This document shows positions 62,701 through 64,000 of a DNA stretch of 64,000 nt, piece after piece. The stretch is from Takakia lepidozioides. Its lineage: Eukaryota > Plantae > Bryophyta. Below the pieces are notes generated by a model. The model did no database searches, had not been told where the DNA came from, and saw only the letters and a program-made list of their open reading frames with translations. Where the stretch lies: NCBI GenBank assembly GCA_030704615.1, contig CM060734.1, positions 25,854,001-25,918,000 of the forward strand, given 5' to 3'. Each line of letters opens with the position of its first letter. Position 1 is the first letter of the stretch. Both the position numbers and the translations under genes were made by a program.

Positions 62701-64000
62701 GAAGAAACAATGGCATGCCGCGCATCTGGTTGGATGCCCGCGGTACCTGGACATGTCTGGCGGAATTGTTGACGAGTCTGAGAAAGATCTGCATGCGAAA
62801 GCAGAAGAGAAGAGAAAGGAAAGACGTGTCCCTGCTCGGCCAGAGTCGGCAAAGGAAGCTGCTCTGGAACAATCCAGAAAGGCAGCTGAGATGGCACAGA
62901 AGACGGTGGATGCAGCTGTGCAGGCTCAACATAAGGGGTCCAAGAAGCGGACTCGCCAGCAAGGAGCAGCAGTTGTGACACCCAAGAAAACGAAGAAGCA
63001 GAAACAGATAGTGCAGGTAGAGGGTGAGGAAGAGGACTCCGATGGAGACTTTGCAACCAGCCCACCCCCCGAGACGCAGCCGAAATCCCCTGTGCCCACG
63101 GTTGTCACGAGAGGGACGAGAACTGGCTCGGCAAAGAAGGCACTCTTCAACCCCCCGGGGGGCACCCTTTCGAGCCGGTGGAAATGAAGAGGCCGAAAGT
63201 GGATCCCGATACAGTAGTCCAGTGTGTGAATGAGAGTTTCTTGGCGGCTTTGGATGGACGGGCAGCCAAGTTGGCATACATGAAGACCATGGAGGGTCTG
63301 AAGGGCAGAGCACTGAAGAAGGCGGCTGCCAAAGAGCCTTCCGACACCCCTGGGTTTCTGAAGATGGTCTCGTTCTTTGAGAGGGTGTGTGCAGACAAGG
63401 ATTGCAGGAGGGGTGGAAATGCCACCGAGTGGTCTTGCGATATGATCATCTTGGATATTCCGGACGGAGAGCCTGTGGAAGGACTGCAAGCTTTGCCATC
63501 TTGGAACAGGTACTCTGAGGACTTTTGGAAGAAAGGATTCGGGCTCGCCCGCATGGTGTTGGACGACAGAGGCTGTGTGGTTGTCCTGGCGAGCAGAGGC
63601 AAAAACACGCAGACAGGAATTGCGAAGTGGACCCGCAAGAGCGCCGTCCCAATTCTGAAGAAGAAGTGGACGTGCATCAACACATTGGGCCTTCGGTCGG
63701 AAGGGAAGAAGGTAATTACGACCTTGGCACTCGTCCTTTCATTTTCTTAGGAGTTTTGAAATGCGGTGCCGCATTCGATTTCTAATCGTTCCCCACTGTG
63801 TATGCAGACGAAGCAGTTCGATGCATACTGCTTTGTGAAGGAGAACTCGACCTTTGCTTTCCGGAAGGAGGGATTGTTGGTTGACCCGAACTGCGACCCA
63901 TCGATTACGACGTCCTGTTCAACAACGTTCCCACGGAACTTCTCCCTCATAGCCTCACTTCAACTGAACCCCTGCGGTATTCACGCACTCGGAGCCCTGC
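59735..64000 (+). pseudogene. Element C gene 2: multi-exon ParB/Srx-like + amino-MTase-like protein (disrupted; incomplete in window; start approximate)
   Basis: IPLCRMVSLPIVRQ..KMFFVWDGNHRLLGW..AMADLN (~60820-61260); KYKSKLVKLVAIADPALG..LEKLHHL; CDMIILDIPDG..VLDDRG (63430-63575). Introns colinear with A. Confidence 0.8.

Larger units (their letters stand above)
53035..64000. mobile_element. Element C: third member of the family, opposite orientation to A/B, runs off the window end
   Basis: Terminus GAGGTTTACTATTTTATGAGC matches the A right end; transposase (-), palindrome array, ParB-MTase-like gene (+). Confidence 0.9.

Overview
Eukaryotic, intron-containing DNA made entirely of nested transposons; no intact host gene is recognised. 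A streptophyte plant or alga is inferred from the element types, not shown. The background is three degraded Ty3/Gypsy retrotransposons: G1 (1-6040, +), G2 (19538-20368 plus 46132-53034, +) and G3 (20369-46127, -). G3 sits inside G2 gag with an AAGA target-site duplication (TSD). It carries a C5 cytosine methyltransferase between protease and RT, a PHD finger on its integrase, a self-priming-type PBS and permuted (split) LTRs. Three divergent members of one ~13.5-14 kb Mutator-like DNA transposon family interrupt these: A (6041-19537), B (22796-36701, up to 12-bp TSD) and C (53035 to beyond the window end). Each has short TIRs with hexamer repeats, a GCM-like/MULE-DDE/SWIM transposase, a divergent multi-exon gene fusing a ParB/Srx-like domain (DGNHR) to a beta-class N4C/N6A methyltransferase-like domain (DIPDG ... 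LDLxxGTG), and arrays of element-specific palindromes between the genes and in introns. This ParB-MTase plus palindrome-array transposon is the best candidate for an undescribed system; the permuted-LTR, methyltransferase-bearing Gypsy is second. All domain calls are motif recognition by eye; no searches were run, so novelty is unverified.
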